Origin: an uncultured Alphaproteobacteria bacterium
GTDB lineage: Bacteria > Pseudomonadota > Alphaproteobacteria > HIMB59
Length of the DNA stretch: 64,000 nucleotides
Assembly: GCA_902527545.1 (NCBI GenBank)
Contig: CABZPR010000002.1
Coordinates: forward strand, 74,407 to 138,406
Reading direction: 5' to 3'
The position numbers were made by a program, and so were the translations under genes. This document shows, piece by piece, positions 30,335 through 41,631 of this stretch (positions are counted from its first letter, which is position 1; every line of letters begins with the position of its first letter). Below the pieces are notes generated by a model. That model worked only from the letters and a program-made list of their open reading frames with translations. It searched no databases and was not told the origin of the DNA.

Positions 30335-32515
30335 ATTTTCAAAAAGTTTATTTATATTTTTTTGAATTAAATCTTCTATGGGTTTTTTTACAGTCCCATC
30401 AGGTATGACTCTTTCATAGGAATAATTTCCATTTTGATATTTTATAACAAAATCCTCATTGTCAATAATATCAAAAATTGTAATTTTGAAATTATTCAAA
30501 GCTAATTCTAATTCTGCCTCTAAGGTCTCTCCATCTGTTGATGTTAAAATTATGTTTTTTATTTTAAATTCATTCAAATTATTATTTGAAATTTGTCCAG
30601 AAATAGAACTACTTTGATTAATAAAAGAATTTGCTAATTTGTTGAATAATTCATTAATTTGTTCAAAATCCTCAATGTCTTGAGATAGAGATTGAATAAA
30701 TAAAACTAATGCAAATTCCTCTTCAGTAATACTAACATTAATATCACCATCTATGTTTCCAGATATATTTTTAATATTTTTAAGATTAACAGGTTCAGAA
30801 ATATCTAAAGAAAGATTAATTTTTCCTTTAATACGAGACGTATTTAAAAATAAACGATCAAATTTAGATAAATTTAAATCATTTAATTTAATTGCACCGG
30901 TAAACATCTGATTTTTAATTGATCCAGAAATATTTGAAATCTTATCTTTACTTATTAGATCTAAATTTTCTATCAAAAATAGATCACTTACTAGATCAAC
31001 GTATAAGTTTGACTCTAAATAATCAAAGTCAACGAGATCCACAATATTCGTAAAATCCTCTTCAGTTAATTCAGTGATGATATATAGTAGTTCTGTTTTA
31101 TTTAAATTTTCAATTCCAATATTCAAAGAGGCAATATTAAAATTATTAAGATCTAAATTACCGTCAATCAATAAATTCGAACCTTCTAAATTAATAAATT
31201 GAAGATCTTCAATAGCTAAATTTGAGCCATTTATAAGGCCTCTAGCGTTGATATGTTCCGTATTTAATGTTTTTAATAATCTAATTAATGAGTTAGATGG
31301 AATTAACTCAAATTGTCTAAATCGGTTTAATTGAATATCTAATTGTAGACTATTGATATCATCAAGCCCATAACTGCCGCTAATTTGAATAATATTTTCA
31401 TCCTTATCAGTTATATTTATTTGATCAATTGTAAAAATATTATTAGCGAAATTACTCGATAATTCAATTTCATCAAATTCAAATTGCTTTACTAATTCCG
31501 AATAAGGTAAAAATTCTAATAATACTAATAAGTCATCTTTGGAACTACAGTTAAGACTAACATTAAAGTTAGCATTATAAAAATCAAAATTTTCAATAGT
31601 TCCGTTTAAATCTAACTTTGTTCCTTGATCAGAGACATACAAGATTTTATTTAAAGTTAAATTATTTGAATTGTAGTTTAAATCAAAAGTTTCAATTATT
31701 CCTTGAGGAATGTCTATAATTTCATTGAAAATATTTATATTACTAATCATTTGAAATAAATTTTCTGAAGAGATATTTTGACCTCTAATTGATAAATCAG
31801 AACTAATGAAATTGCTTAAATTGATATTCCCCTCAATATTAATTTGTGATTTGTCAGCTAAAGTAATAACTAGTTCTTCAATATTTAAATTTTCTTTTAC
31901 ATATTCACCTTTTATGTCAAGACTTTGAAAATTTATTTTTTTTAGAACCTCCTGGTAATTCCCCCCTAAAAGTAATACTAGTTCATCTATTTCAAGATTT
32001 TCTATGGAAAAATCAATTTTATTTATGTCTGAGTCAGTTGTATTAATATCAAAATATAAATCAGAGCCTTTATATGTAAATTTATTTGATATTATTCTTG
32101 TATTATTGCCCTCGTTAGAGATCTTTAATTTTAAATTATCGATATCACCCTCTAGTAAAATCGCATTATTAATAAAATTTGAATTTATATTTTCTATTCT
32201 TGCTTGGTTGAATGTAATTGAAATATCATCTGCGTTAAAAATAGATCTAGAAATTTCAATATCAGAAGCTGCAAAATCAGTTTGGATTAAATAATGATTA
32301 ATCTTGAAATTTGAATTATCTATAGAGAGAATTGGTTTAGGCATAATTTTTAAAGTTTGATTTGATAAACTGTTCAATGTAACAAAACCTTTAGTTTCTC
32401 TTTCGATCATTTCTTGAGATAAAATATTCATAGGCAATCTTAGAAAACTAAGTCCAAATAAAATCACTAAAATTAAAAGTATTGCTATGGGTATTAAGAC
32501 TTTTAATTTTTTCAT
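30323..32515 (-). CDS. AsmA-like membrane-anchored beta-repeat protein
   Basis: Single N-terminal TM followed by about five ~75-aa beta-rich repeats. Confidence 0.55.
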   Translation of the reverse strand: MKKLKVLIPIAILLILVILFGLSFLRLPMNILSQEMIERETKGFVTLNSLSNQTLKIMPKPILSIDNSNFKINHYLIQTDFAASDIEISRSIFNADDISITFNQARIENINSNFINNAILLEGDIDNLKLKISNEGNNTRIISNKFTYKGSDLYFDINTTDSDINKIDFSIENLEIDELVLLLGGNYQEVLKKINFQSLDIKGEYVKENLNIEELVITLADKSQINIEGNINLSNFISSDLSIRGQNISSENLFQMISNINIFNEIIDIPQGIIETFDLNYNSNNLTLNKILYVSDQGTKLDLNGTIENFDFYNANFNVSLNCSSKDDLLVLLEFLPYSELVKQFEFDEIELSSNFANNIFTIDQINITDKDENIIQISGSYGLDDINSLQLDIQLNRFRQFELIPSNSLIRLLKTLNTEHINARGLINGSNLAIEDLQFINLEGSNLLIDGNLDLNNFNIASLNIGIENLNKTELLYIITELTEEDFTNIVDLVDFDYLESNLYVDLVSDLFLIENLDLISKDKISNISGSIKNQMFTGAIKLNDLNLSKFDRLFLNTSRIKGKINLSLDISEPVNLKNIKNISGNIDGDINVSITEEEFALVLFIQSLSQDIEDFEQINELFNKLANSFINQSSSISGQISNNNLNEFKIKNIILTSTDGETLEAELELALNNFKITIFDIIDNEDFVIKYQNGNYSYERVIPDGTVKKPIEDLIQKNINKLFENLFQ

Positions 32516-32524
32516 TTATTCATT

Positions 32525-33451
32525 CTACAAATATAGGAACACAAAATAGATCATATAGGCTAATATAAAGCCAAGAGAAATTAATTTTCCAGCTAATTTT
32601 AAAGAAATAATTATAAAAAATAATAAAGAAGTCACTAAAAATAACCATTTATCAATTTGACCAAGTAATTCATAAAAATTTATACTTCCATTGATTAGCA
32701 CAGCAATAATCGTTATTCCAAATATGTTGGCTATATTTGATCCGAGAATATTTCCAATTGCCAAATTATTTTGTTTTTTTACAATTGATAAAATTGTTGC
32801 AATTACCTCAGGCAAAGAAGTACCAAAAGCAACAATTGTTATTCCAATAGTAGTTTCTGCAACACCAAATATGCTAGTTAGATCTTTCGCATAAACAATA
32901 AAATACTTAGAACTAAAAAATAAAGTTATGAATGATAATATTATTTTTAAAATAATAAAAAAAGATGAAGAATGTTTTATCTCGGATATTGTGTTATTTT
33001 CATCAATTGGTTTTTTTAATTCAAAATAAATAAAAAAACAAAGTAATCCAAAAAGTAAAACACCGTACATATAGCCAATATTAAAATTAAATATTATGAA
33101 AATAAAAAAAACGATTGAAAAAATTAAAAAAAATAAAAAAGTACTTTTATCCCTTTTATCAGTTACTAACCTAGTAATGGGATATAACATGATACCCCCT
33201 ACCAATAAAATATTTGCAATATTACTTCCAACAAGATTACCTGCTACTATTCCAACGGAATTTAACTTTAATGCTTGAAATGTTGCTGCAAACTCAGGGA
33301 GGGAAGTGCCTATAGCTATAATAAATATTCCAACAAGGATTGGCCTAATTTTATAAACGTGTGAGATCAATATTGAATTTTTTATTGCAAAATCACATGA
33401 CCATATTAACAGAGCAAGACTTATTAATACTCCTAATAAACTCTCAATCAA
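32525..33451 (-). CDS. Calcium/sodium antiporter (YrbG/CaCA family)
   Basis: Two alpha repeats GTSLPE...GN(L/I)xGSNIAN. Confidence 0.93.
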   Translation of the reverse strand: MIESLLGVLISLALLIWSCDFAIKNSILISHVYKIRPILVGIFIIAIGTSLPEFAATFQALKLNSVGIVAGNLVGSNIANILLVGGIMLYPITRLVTDKRDKSTFLFFLIFSIVFFIFIIFNFNIGYMYGVLLFGLLCFFIYFELKKPIDENNTISEIKHSSSFFIILKIILSFITLFFSSKYFIVYAKDLTSIFGVAETTIGITIVAFGTSLPEVIATILSIVKKQNNLAIGNILGSNIANIFGITIIAVLINGSINFYELLGQIDKWLFLVTSLLFFIIISLKLAGKLISLGFILAYMIYFVFLYL

Positions 33452-35430
33452 TTCACACCCATTTGATCTTTTTTAAGTTTCCTTATCTCATCTCTGAACA
33501 TTGCAGCTTTTTCAAAATCTAAATTTTCAGCTGCAGATAACATTTTTTTCTCTAATTTTTGAACATGTTTTTCAAATTTATTAGGACTCAATTTATCAAT
33601 TTCAGATGTACCCACAGTATAGCTATCTTTTTCATAGATGCTCTCGATAATTTCACCAATATTTCTTTTCACTGATTGAGGGGTAATGTTATTTTTCTTA
33701 TTAAATTCAATTTGTTTATTTTTTCTGTATTTTGTTTCCTCAAGTGCTGCTTTAATACTTTTAGTTAATACATCTGCATATAAAATCACTTTTCCATCTA
33801 TATTTCTGGCTGCACGACCTATAGTTTGGACCAAACTAGTTTTTGACCTTAAATAACCCTCTTTGTCAGCATCAAGAATGGCTACTAAACCACACTCAGG
33901 AATATCTAGTCCTTCTCTGAGTAAATTAATACCAATTAAAATATCAATCTCCCCAATTCTTAAAGAGCGAATAAGTTTTATCCTATCAATAGTCTCAACA
34001 TCAGAGTGCATATATTCAGCCTTTAAATTGTGTTCTTTTAAGTAATTGGTTAAGTCCTCGGCATTTTTTTTTGTAAGAGTTGTAATCAATACCCTATTTT
34101 TATCATTGAGTGTTATTTTAATTTCACCCATCAAATCTTCCACTTGATTGACAGTTGTTTTGATCACACACTCAGGATCAATTAGACCTGTGGGTCGTAT
34201 GATTTGTTCAACATACTCATTTTCGACTTCATTCAATTCCCATGGGCCAGGAGTTGCAGATAAAAAAATAGTGGGGGGACGCATCATATTCCATTCTTCA
34301 AAAGTTAAAGGTCGATTATCCAATGCAGATGGAAGCCTAAATCCATAATCTGATAAAGTTTTTTTTCTAGATCGGTCACCTTTATACATTCCATTTATTT
34401 GAGGCACGGATACATGAGACTCATCAATTATAAGAAGCGAGTTTTCTGGAATAAACTCATATAGAGTTGGTGGTGCTTCACCAGGTTGTCTTCCACTTAA
34501 ATATCTCGAATAATTCTCAATTCCTGAACATGTTCCCGTTGCCTGTATCATTTCCAAATCAAAATTAGTTCTCTCTTTTAATCTTTGAAATTCAAGCAAC
34601 TTTTTTTCCTTATCAAACTCTTCTAGTCTTATTTTTAAATCTTTCTTAATTTCTCTAATAGCGTTCTCTAATCTTGGTTTTGGAGTAATGTAATGACTAT
34701 TTGCAAAAATTTTTACTTCTTCGAAGTTTTGAATGAATTCACCTGTGAGAGGATCAAACTCTTTAATATCTTCCACCTCGTCTCCAAAAAAACTTATCCT
34801 CCAAGCTATATCCTCTAAATGCGCAGGAAAAACATCAACCCGATCTCCAGTTACTCGAAACATACCTCTTCTAAAATCAATATTATTTCTTTTATACTGT
34901 AACTCTACTAATTCTCTCAGGAACTCCATTAAATTAATATTCTGTCCTTTTTTTATTTCTAAAGTCATTTTAGAGTAAGAGTCAACGGACCCGATGCCGT
35001 ATATACATGAAACACTTGCTACAATAATTACATCTTCCCTTTCTACTAATGATCTAGTTGCTGAGTGTCTAAAACGATCTATTTGCTCATTTATAGAGGA
35101 CTCTTTTTCTATGAATGTATCTGATCGAGGTACATAAGCCTCTGGTTGATAATAATCATAATAACTCACAAAATACTCAACTGCATTATTAGGAAACAAT
35201 ACTTTTAGCTCTTCATATAATTGCGCAGCCAAAGTCTTATTGGGAGCCATAATCAATGTTGGTCTGTTATATTTTTCAATAACATTTGCGATTGTAAATG
35301 TTTTTCCAGAGCCGGTTACACCTAATAATACTTGGCTTTGTTTTCTCTTTTCTAAACCATCAATCAATTTTTTAATTGCTTGAGGCTGATCTCCTTTTGG
35401 TTTATTTTCACTTACTATTTTAAACGGCAT
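33448..35430 (-). CDS. uvrB: Excinuclease ABC subunit B
   Basis: [33 protein letters not shown] domain. Confidence 0.98.
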   Translation of the reverse strand: MPFKIVSENKPKGDQPQAIKKLIDGLEKRKQSQVLLGVTGSGKTFTIANVIEKYNRPTLIMAPNKTLAAQLYEELKVLFPNNAVEYFVSYYDYYQPEAYVPRSDTFIEKESSINEQIDRFRHSATRSLVEREDVIIVASVSCIYGIGSVDSYSKMTLEIKKGQNINLMEFLRELVELQYKRNNIDFRRGMFRVTGDRVDVFPAHLEDIAWRISFFGDEVEDIKEFDPLTGEFIQNFEEVKIFANSHYITPKPRLENAIREIKKDLKIRLEEFDKEKKLLEFQRLKERTNFDLEMIQATGTCSGIENYSRYLSGRQPGEAPPTLYEFIPENSLLIIDESHVSVPQINGMYKGDRSRKKTLSDYGFRLPSALDNRPLTFEEWNMMRPPTIFLSATPGPWELNEVENEYVEQIIRPTGLIDPECVIKTTVNQVEDLMGEIKITLNDKNRVLITTLTKKNAEDLTNYLKEHNLKAEYMHSDVETIDRIKLIRSLRIGEIDILIGINLLREGLDIPECGLVAILDADKEGYLRSKTSLVQTIGRAARNIDGKVILYADVLTKSIKAALEETKYRKNKQIEFNKKNNITPQSVKRNIGEIIESIYEKDSYTVGTSEIDKLSPNKFEKHVQKLEKKMLSAAENLDFEKAAMFRDEIRKLKKDQMGVN

Positions 35431-35477
35431 ACTTGTAGAAATTTATAAATAAGTTTATAGATAACTAAATAAAAAAA

Positions 35478-36674
35478 ATGATTTCTAATAGAGTTAACAA
35501 CATAAAACCATCTTTGACAATAGCCACCAATATGAAGGCCCAGGAACTTAAAAGGGCAGGTAAGGATGTGATTGTTTTAGCAGCTGGAGAACCAGATTTT
35601 GATACACCTGATCACATCAAAAGCGCAGCAATTGATGCCATAAATAAAGGTTTTACAAAGTATGTACCAGGTAAAGGAACTCCAGACTTGCAGGTTGCAA
35701 TTCAAAAAAAATTTCAAAGAGATAATAACTTAGATTATGAACTTGGTAATATTACAGTTGGAGTTGGTGGAAAACATATAATTTATAATGCTTTTTCAGC
35801 AACAATTAATCAAGGTGATGAAGTTATTATCCCTGCTCCATATTGGGTGAGTTACCCCGACATTGTAATTTTAAATGATGGAAAACCTATAATTGTAGAG
35901 TGCGGTGAGCAAAACGGTTTTAAGATTACACCTGAGGATTTGGAAAAAAATATATCTTCAAAAACAAAATGGTTGATGCTAAATAGCCCAAGTAACCCGA
36001 CTGGATCTATGTATACCAAAGAGGAATTGGTAGCTATTGGAGATATTCTTAAAAGTTATAAAAATATTTTTATTTTATCAGATGATATTTATGAAAAAAT
36101 CGTTTACGACACAAATGAGTTCAAAACAATAGCTGAAGTCTGTCCATTTTTAAGAGAAAGAACATTGACGATGAATGGATTATCTAAGTCTTATTGCATG
36201 ACAGGTTGGAGAGTAGGCTATGCAGCAGGTCCAATTAGTCTGATCAATGCAATGAACAAAGTTCAATCACAAAATGTATCTTCAACAGCATCAATATCAA
36301 TGGCAGCCTCTGTTGAGGCATTAAATGGAGATCAAAGTTTTATCTTGTCTCACAATGAATCTTTTTTAAGAAGGCGTAATTTAGTTGTAAAACATTTAAA
36401 TGAAACACCTGGATTGTCTTGCAGAACTCCAGAGGGTGCCTTTTATGTTTTTGCTTCTTGTAAAGAAGTTTTAGGTAAGACAACGGAGTCTGGTAAAAAA
36501 CTTTTAACTGATGGTGACTTTATGGATTATCTTCTTGAAGAGGTGGGTGTTGCAGGTGTACAAGGTTCTGCATTTGGATTAGAGGGTTTCTTTAGAATTT
36601 CTTATGCAACTTCTGACTCAATATTAGAGGATGCTTGCCAAAGAATTAAAACTGCTTGTTCTAAATTAAGTTAA
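35478..36674 (+). CDS. aatA: Aspartate aminotransferase (class I/II PLP)
   Basis: GEPDFDTP, NSPSNPTG, SDDIY, SKSYCMTGWRVG. Confidence 0.9.
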   Translation: MISNRVNNIKPSLTIATNMKAQELKRAGKDVIVLAAGEPDFDTPDHIKSAAIDAINKGFTKYVPGKGTPDLQVAIQKKFQRDNNLDYELGNITVGVGGKHIIYNAFSATINQGDEVIIPAPYWVSYPDIVILNDGKPIIVECGEQNGFKITPEDLEKNISSKTKWLMLNSPSNPTGSMYTKEELVAIGDILKSYKNIFILSDDIYEKIVYDTNEFKTIAEVCPFLRERTLTMNGLSKSYCMTGWRVGYAAGPISLINAMNKVQSQNVSSTASISMAASVEALNGDQSFILSHNESFLRRRNLVVKHLNETPGLSCRTPEGAFYVFASCKEVLGKTTESGKKLLTDGDFMDYLLEEVGVAGVQGSAFGLEGFFRISYATSDSILEDACQRIKTACSKLS

Positions 36675-38102
36675 TTTACTATTTGAAATAATCTTAGCTA
36701 TTCGAAGAATATTGGTATTTCCAACTTTTCCAAAAGGTACTCCAGCTGTGATTATTATTTTTTCACCATGTTTTAGAATTTTTCTTACCTTTGCTATTTT
36801 ACAGGCACGGTCAACCATCTCAGTTGATGATGAAATTTCATCTACAACATCCATAAAAGTGCCCCAAGTTAAAGCATTTTGACGAGCAACTTTTTTATTA
36901 GTTGTTAATCCTATTAAGGTCACATCAGGCCTCATCCTTGCGACTCTTAAAACAGATCTTCCTGATTGAGAAAATGTTGCAATACAATTGCATTCAGCAA
37001 TGTTGGCTACTTCAAGTGCCGCAGTAGCTATAGCCTCTGTTGATGTTTTTACCATATTCAAATTATAATTTTGAATATTAGCTAAATATTTAGGATCACT
37101 TTCAACGCGTTTAATAATTTTATCCATCATTTCTACAGACTCTTTGGGATAATTACCAGCAGCTGACTCTGCAGATAACATTACAGCGTCTACTCCTTGA
37201 AATACTGCTGTAGCGACATCAGAGGCCTCAGCCCTTGTTGGAGTAGGTGAGTCAATCATACTCTCAAGCATTTGGGTTGCAACAATACATGGCTTTCCAT
37301 ATTTCCTGCAAGCAGCGACCATTGTTCTTTGATGAATTGGCACATCTTCTGGGTTGGTTTCAACACCCAGATCTCCTCTAGCAACCATTATTCCATCAGA
37401 ATTTTCAGTTATCGACTCAATTTCTTTCATAGCAGAGGGTTTTTCTACTTTAACCATAACTTTAAATTTTGCAGGAATAAGTTTTTTTGCTGTTAACAAA
37501 TCTTTTGTAGTTTGAATAAATGAAAGAGCTATCCAATCAACATCAAGTTTAATAGCTAGCTCTAAATCTTTTTTGTCTTTTGGAGTAATTATTTTTAAAT
37601 CAAGTTTTGTATCTGGAATATTCAATCCTTTGTTATTAGAAATTTCTCCACCATCTGTCACAACACATTTAATTGCAGAAGCAGATTTTGATTTTACTTT
37701 TAACCTTACCTTACCATCATTCACTAACAGCCTTTGTCCAATTGCTATAGATTTGAAAATTTCTTTGTGAGGTAAGTAGACTCGAGAACTGTCACCGTCT
37801 TTTTTATTTTGATCAAAAGTAAATATTTGGTTTTTTTTTAGTTGTTCTTTGACATTTAGAAATCTACCAACTCTGAATTTGGGACCCTGTAAGTCACCTA
37901 AAATACAAATATAACGATCATGTTTTTTTTCTAAATTTCTAATAATTTCAACTTTTTTTTTGTGATCCTCATGGTCACCATGACTAAAATTAAGACGAAA
38001 TACGTCAGCACCAGATAAAAATAATTTCTCAATAGCTTTTTCAGTCTCACAGGCTGGTCCTAATGTTGCAACAATTTTGGCTTTACGGTTTCTAAGTTTC
38101 AT
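36666..38102 (-). CDS. pyk: Pyruvate kinase
   Basis: KIVATLGP, RLNFSHG, MVARGDLG, ATQMLESM. Confidence 0.98.
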   Translation of the reverse strand: MKLRNRKAKIVATLGPACETEKAIEKLFLSGADVFRLNFSHGDHEDHKKKVEIIRNLEKKHDRYICILGDLQGPKFRVGRFLNVKEQLKKNQIFTFDQNKKDGDSSRVYLPHKEIFKSIAIGQRLLVNDGKVRLKVKSKSASAIKCVVTDGGEISNNKGLNIPDTKLDLKIITPKDKKDLELAIKLDVDWIALSFIQTTKDLLTAKKLIPAKFKVMVKVEKPSAMKEIESITENSDGIMVARGDLGVETNPEDVPIHQRTMVAACRKYGKPCIVATQMLESMIDSPTPTRAEASDVATAVFQGVDAVMLSAESAAGNYPKESVEMMDKIIKRVESDPKYLANIQNYNLNMVKTSTEAIATAALEVANIAECNCIATFSQSGRSVLRVARMRPDVTLIGLTTNKKVARQNALTWGTFMDVVDEISSSTEMVDRACKIAKVRKILKHGEKIIITAGVPFGKVGNTNILRIAKIISNSKLT

Positions 38103-38149
38103 TTGATTTGTTTAGAAATTAATAAATAACATGATATTAGTAAATTACC

Positions 38150-38443
38150 ATGAGTAAAATATCAAAAGAGCAAGAGTACAAAATTAAAGCCAACGTGCTT
38201 GATCATTTAATTAATCATTTAAGAGAAAGGATTGATGTACAAAATATTGATCTTATGAATCTTAGTGGATTTTGCAGAAATTGTTTATCAAAATGGTATG
38301 TAAAATATGCAAAAGAGGAAAACTATGATCTAGACTATGAGGAATCAAGAAAAATTATTTATGGAATGGCTTACTCTGAATGGAAAAGTAAATATCAATC
38401 AGAAGCAACAAAAGAACAAATAGAAAAATTTAAAAAAAAATAG
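38150..38443 (+). CDS. DUF1244 family protein
   Basis: VQNIDLMNLSGFCRNCLSKWY signature. Confidence 0.88.
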   Translation: MSKISKEQEYKIKANVLDHLINHLRERIDVQNIDLMNLSGFCRNCLSKWYVKYAKEENYDLDYEESRKIIYGMAYSEWKSKYQSEATKEQIEKFKKK

Positions 38444-38448
38444 TTTAG

Positions 38449-40200
38449 ATGACTGAGAAATTGCCGAACTGGAATTTAGGAGATTTTTACTCCTCTATAA
38501 AAGACGAAGAAATTGATCTTGATCTCGAAAAATATAGAAATTTTTCTAAATCTTTTAACAAAAAATATAAAGGTCAATTAGTTAATCAAGCTCAAAATCT
38601 CGAAAGCATCATAAAAGAGTATGAAGACGGTAATGAACTTGGTGACAAGATTGGAAATTTCGCTTTTTTGATATACGCAACAAATATGAACGACCAAGAG
38701 ACGGTTCAATTCTATCAAGGTATAAATGAAAAACTTACAGAGATATCATCAAACTTGATTTTTTTTACAAACGAAATAAATGCTACAAATGACCCAGAAT
38801 TTGAAAAATTTTTATCAAATGCTGGAAAATATAAAAATTGGTTAATTAACATTCGTCGATATAAACAACATCAACTTGATGAAAAAAGTGAGATGATTTT
38901 CCTTGATAAGAATTTAACCTCTAACTCTTCATGGGTGAGATTCTTTGAAGAACAAATAAATGATTTAAAATTTAAAATCGATGATAAAGATTTAAATACT
39001 TCAGAAGCTTTAAATTTATTATCTGATCATAAAGCAACTACCAGAAAAAAAGCAGCAAAAAGTATTGAAGATGTTTTTAAATCGAATGTAAAAACTTTTT
39101 CTTTTATAACAAACACTCTTGCAAAAGATAAAATTACAAATGATAAGTGGAGAAAATACAAATCTCCAACAGACTCAAGAAATTTAGCGAACAATGTTGA
39201 AAATGAAGTTGTGGAGGCACTAACTGAAAGTGTAACTTCCAATTACAAGAATATTTCACATCGATACTATGAAATTAAGGCCAAACTTTTTAATCAAGAA
39301 AAACTTAATTATTGGGATAGAAATGCGCCCTATCCTGACTCACCAAATAAAAAGATAAATTGGTCTGAGGCAAAAGATATTGTAATACGTTCATATGCCA
39401 ACTTTGATGAAAGTTTCAAAGACATTGTATTATTATTTTTTAATAATAATTGGATTGATGCTGAATTAAAATCAGGTAAATCACCAGGAGCATTTGCAGC
39501 CTCTACAATTCCTTCAATACACCCATACATTTTGACAAACTTCCACGGTAAAACCAGAGATGTAATGACATTAGCTCATGAACTCGGACATGGATGTCAT
39601 CAATATTTGTCTGCTAAACAAGGATTGTTGTTATCCAGCACTCCTCTTACTCTAGCAGAGACAGCAAGTGTTTTTGGTGAGATGATGACTTTCCGAACAT
39701 TACTTGAAGATAGTAATAAGAGTTTTAGAAAATATCTTTTAGCATCAAAAATAGAGGACATGATTAACACTGTTGTTAGGCAAATATCATTTTTTGAATT
39801 TGAAAAGTTAGTTCACAATGATCGAAAAAAAGGAGAGCTATCATCTGATCAACTTTGTGATTTTTGGATGAAAACACAATCTGAAAGTCTTGGGCCTAAT
39901 ATTGAATTAACAGATGGGTATAGATATTTTTGGACATACATACCTCATTTTATTCATACTCCTTTTTATGTTTATGCATATGCATTTGGAGATTGTTTAG
40001 TAAATATTTTGATTCAACTTTATGATGAGGGCCTACCAAACTTTAAAGAGAGTTACATTAATCTTTTAAAAAGTGGTGGCTCGAAACACTATAGTGAGGT
40101 TTTAAAACCATTTAACGTGGATTTAAAACAAAAAAATAGTTGGGAAAAGGGACTCTCAATGATTTCAGGTCTGATAGATGAGTTTGAAAAAAGTATCTAG
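38449..40200 (+). CDS. pepF: M3B oligoendopeptidase F
   Basis: HELGH zinc motif, AETAS, PFYVYAYAFG. Confidence 0.93.
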   Translation: MTEKLPNWNLGDFYSSIKDEEIDLDLEKYRNFSKSFNKKYKGQLVNQAQNLESIIKEYEDGNELGDKIGNFAFLIYATNMNDQETVQFYQGINEKLTEISSNLIFFTNEINATNDPEFEKFLSNAGKYKNWLINIRRYKQHQLDEKSEMIFLDKNLTSNSSWVRFFEEQINDLKFKIDDKDLNTSEALNLLSDHKATTRKKAAKSIEDVFKSNVKTFSFITNTLAKDKITNDKWRKYKSPTDSRNLANNVENEVVEALTESVTSNYKNISHRYYEIKAKLFNQEKLNYWDRNAPYPDSPNKKINWSEAKDIVIRSYANFDESFKDIVLLFFNNNWIDAELKSGKSPGAFAASTIPSIHPYILTNFHGKTRDVMTLAHELGHGCHQYLSAKQGLLLSSTPLTLAETASVFGEMMTFRTLLEDSNKSFRKYLLASKIEDMINTVVRQISFFEFEKLVHNDRKKGELSSDQLCDFWMKTQSESLGPNIELTDGYRYFWTYIPHFIHTPFYVYAYAFGDCLVNILIQLYDEGLPNFKESYINLLKSGGSKHYSEVLKPFNVDLKQKNSWEKGLSMISGLIDEFEKSI

Positions 40201-40206
40201 TTTAAA

Positions 40207-41535
40207 ATGAAAGAAGAAAATAATTTAGTATCAAGAGTAAAAAGGTATTCAAAAGTCACAACTTCCATGACTTCTTTAGCTACGAAATTTGCAGGTAAAA
40301 AATATTTAAATTTTGATTTAAGTGATCAAAAGTATGCGGCTCAAATTACAGAGATTTTAGGTAATTTAAAAGGACCTTTGATGAAGGTGGCACAACTAAG
40401 CGCTACTATTCCTGATTTACTGCCTGAAGAGTATGCTAAAAAATTAGCTGAATTACAGTCAAATGCACCTCCAATGTCTTGGGTGTTTGTAAAAAGAAGA
40501 ATGAAAGCTGAATTAGGTGAAAACTGGCAAAATAAATTCAAAGAATTCAATCAAGAGGCAAGTTTTGCTGCCTCTTTAGGTCAGGTTCATAAGGCCAAAT
40601 TGAAAACCAATGATTATGTTGCGTGTAAACTCCAATATCCTGATATGTCCTCAGCAGTAGAGGCTGACTTAAACCAATTAAAAATAATATTTAAAATTTA
40701 CTCTAGTTATAATAAATCAATACAAATTAGAGAGATCTATAAAGAAATAGAAGCAAGACTAAAAGAAGAGTTAAATTATAGTTTAGAAAACAAACATTTA
40801 AAAATTTTTAAGTTTATTCATAAAAATAATTCTTATATCAAAATTCCAAATGTTTACGAAAAAATATCTACAAACAGGCTTTTAGTGATGGAATTTCTTA
40901 AAGGTAAAAAATTAATCGAATATAAAAAAGCACCACAAAAAACTAGAAATGAATTAGCAAAAAAATTATTCATGGCATGGTACTTACCTTTTTATAAATA
41001 CGGTATAATTCATGGAGATCCACATTTAGGTAATTACTCAGTAGATAATAAAAATAATATTAATCTATTTGATTATGGCTGTGTAAGAATATTTCCACCT
41101 AAGTTTGTAAAGGGCGTAATAGACCTTTATTTTGCTCTAAAAGAAAAAGACAACAAAAAGATAAAAACTGCTTATCAAGTATGGGGGTTTAAAGACATTG
41201 ATGATAAATTAATGAATGTTTTAAATAAATGGGCTTTATTCTTGTATGATCCAATCTTAAAAAATGAGGTTCGAAAAATACAAGACTCAGATAGTGGTAT
41301 TTATGGAGCTAAAATAGCTAGCGAAGTCCATAAAGAGCTCAAAAAATATGGAGGAGTTAAACCTCCAAGAGAGTTTGTATTTATGGATCGAGCAGCGGTT
41401 GGTTTGGGGTCAATCTTTATTCATTTGAAAGCTGAAATAAATTGGTACAAGCTTTTTCATGACTTAATTAAAGATTTTTCAGTTAAAAGTGTTGAATCCA
41501 ATCAAAAAAAAGCATTCAAATTTGCTGGTTTATGA
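40207..41535 (+). CDS. ABC1/UbiB (COQ8-like) atypical kinase
   Basis: MKVAQ (KxGQ-like), FAASLGQVH, HGDPHLGN, FDYG. Confidence 0.9.
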   Translation: MKEENNLVSRVKRYSKVTTSMTSLATKFAGKKYLNFDLSDQKYAAQITEILGNLKGPLMKVAQLSATIPDLLPEEYAKKLAELQSNAPPMSWVFVKRRMKAELGENWQNKFKEFNQEASFAASLGQVHKAKLKTNDYVACKLQYPDMSSAVEADLNQLKIIFKIYSSYNKSIQIREIYKEIEARLKEELNYSLENKHLKIFKFIHKNNSYIKIPNVYEKISTNRLLVMEFLKGKKLIEYKKAPQKTRNELAKKLFMAWYLPFYKYGIIHGDPHLGNYSVDNKNNINLFDYGCVRIFPPKFVKGVIDLYFALKEKDNKKIKTAYQVWGFKDIDDKLMNVLNKWALFLYDPILKNEVRKIQDSDSGIYGAKIASEVHKELKKYGGVKPPREFVFMDRAAVGLGSIFIHLKAEINWYKLFHDLIKDFSVKSVESNQKKAFKFAGL

Positions 41536-41631
41536 TGACTTTCAACAAATGTTTAATAAATTTTATAAATCTTAGACTTAACAAATTAGATTTATCTGAT
41601 ATACAACATACCTTCTAAAAGGAACAAGTTA

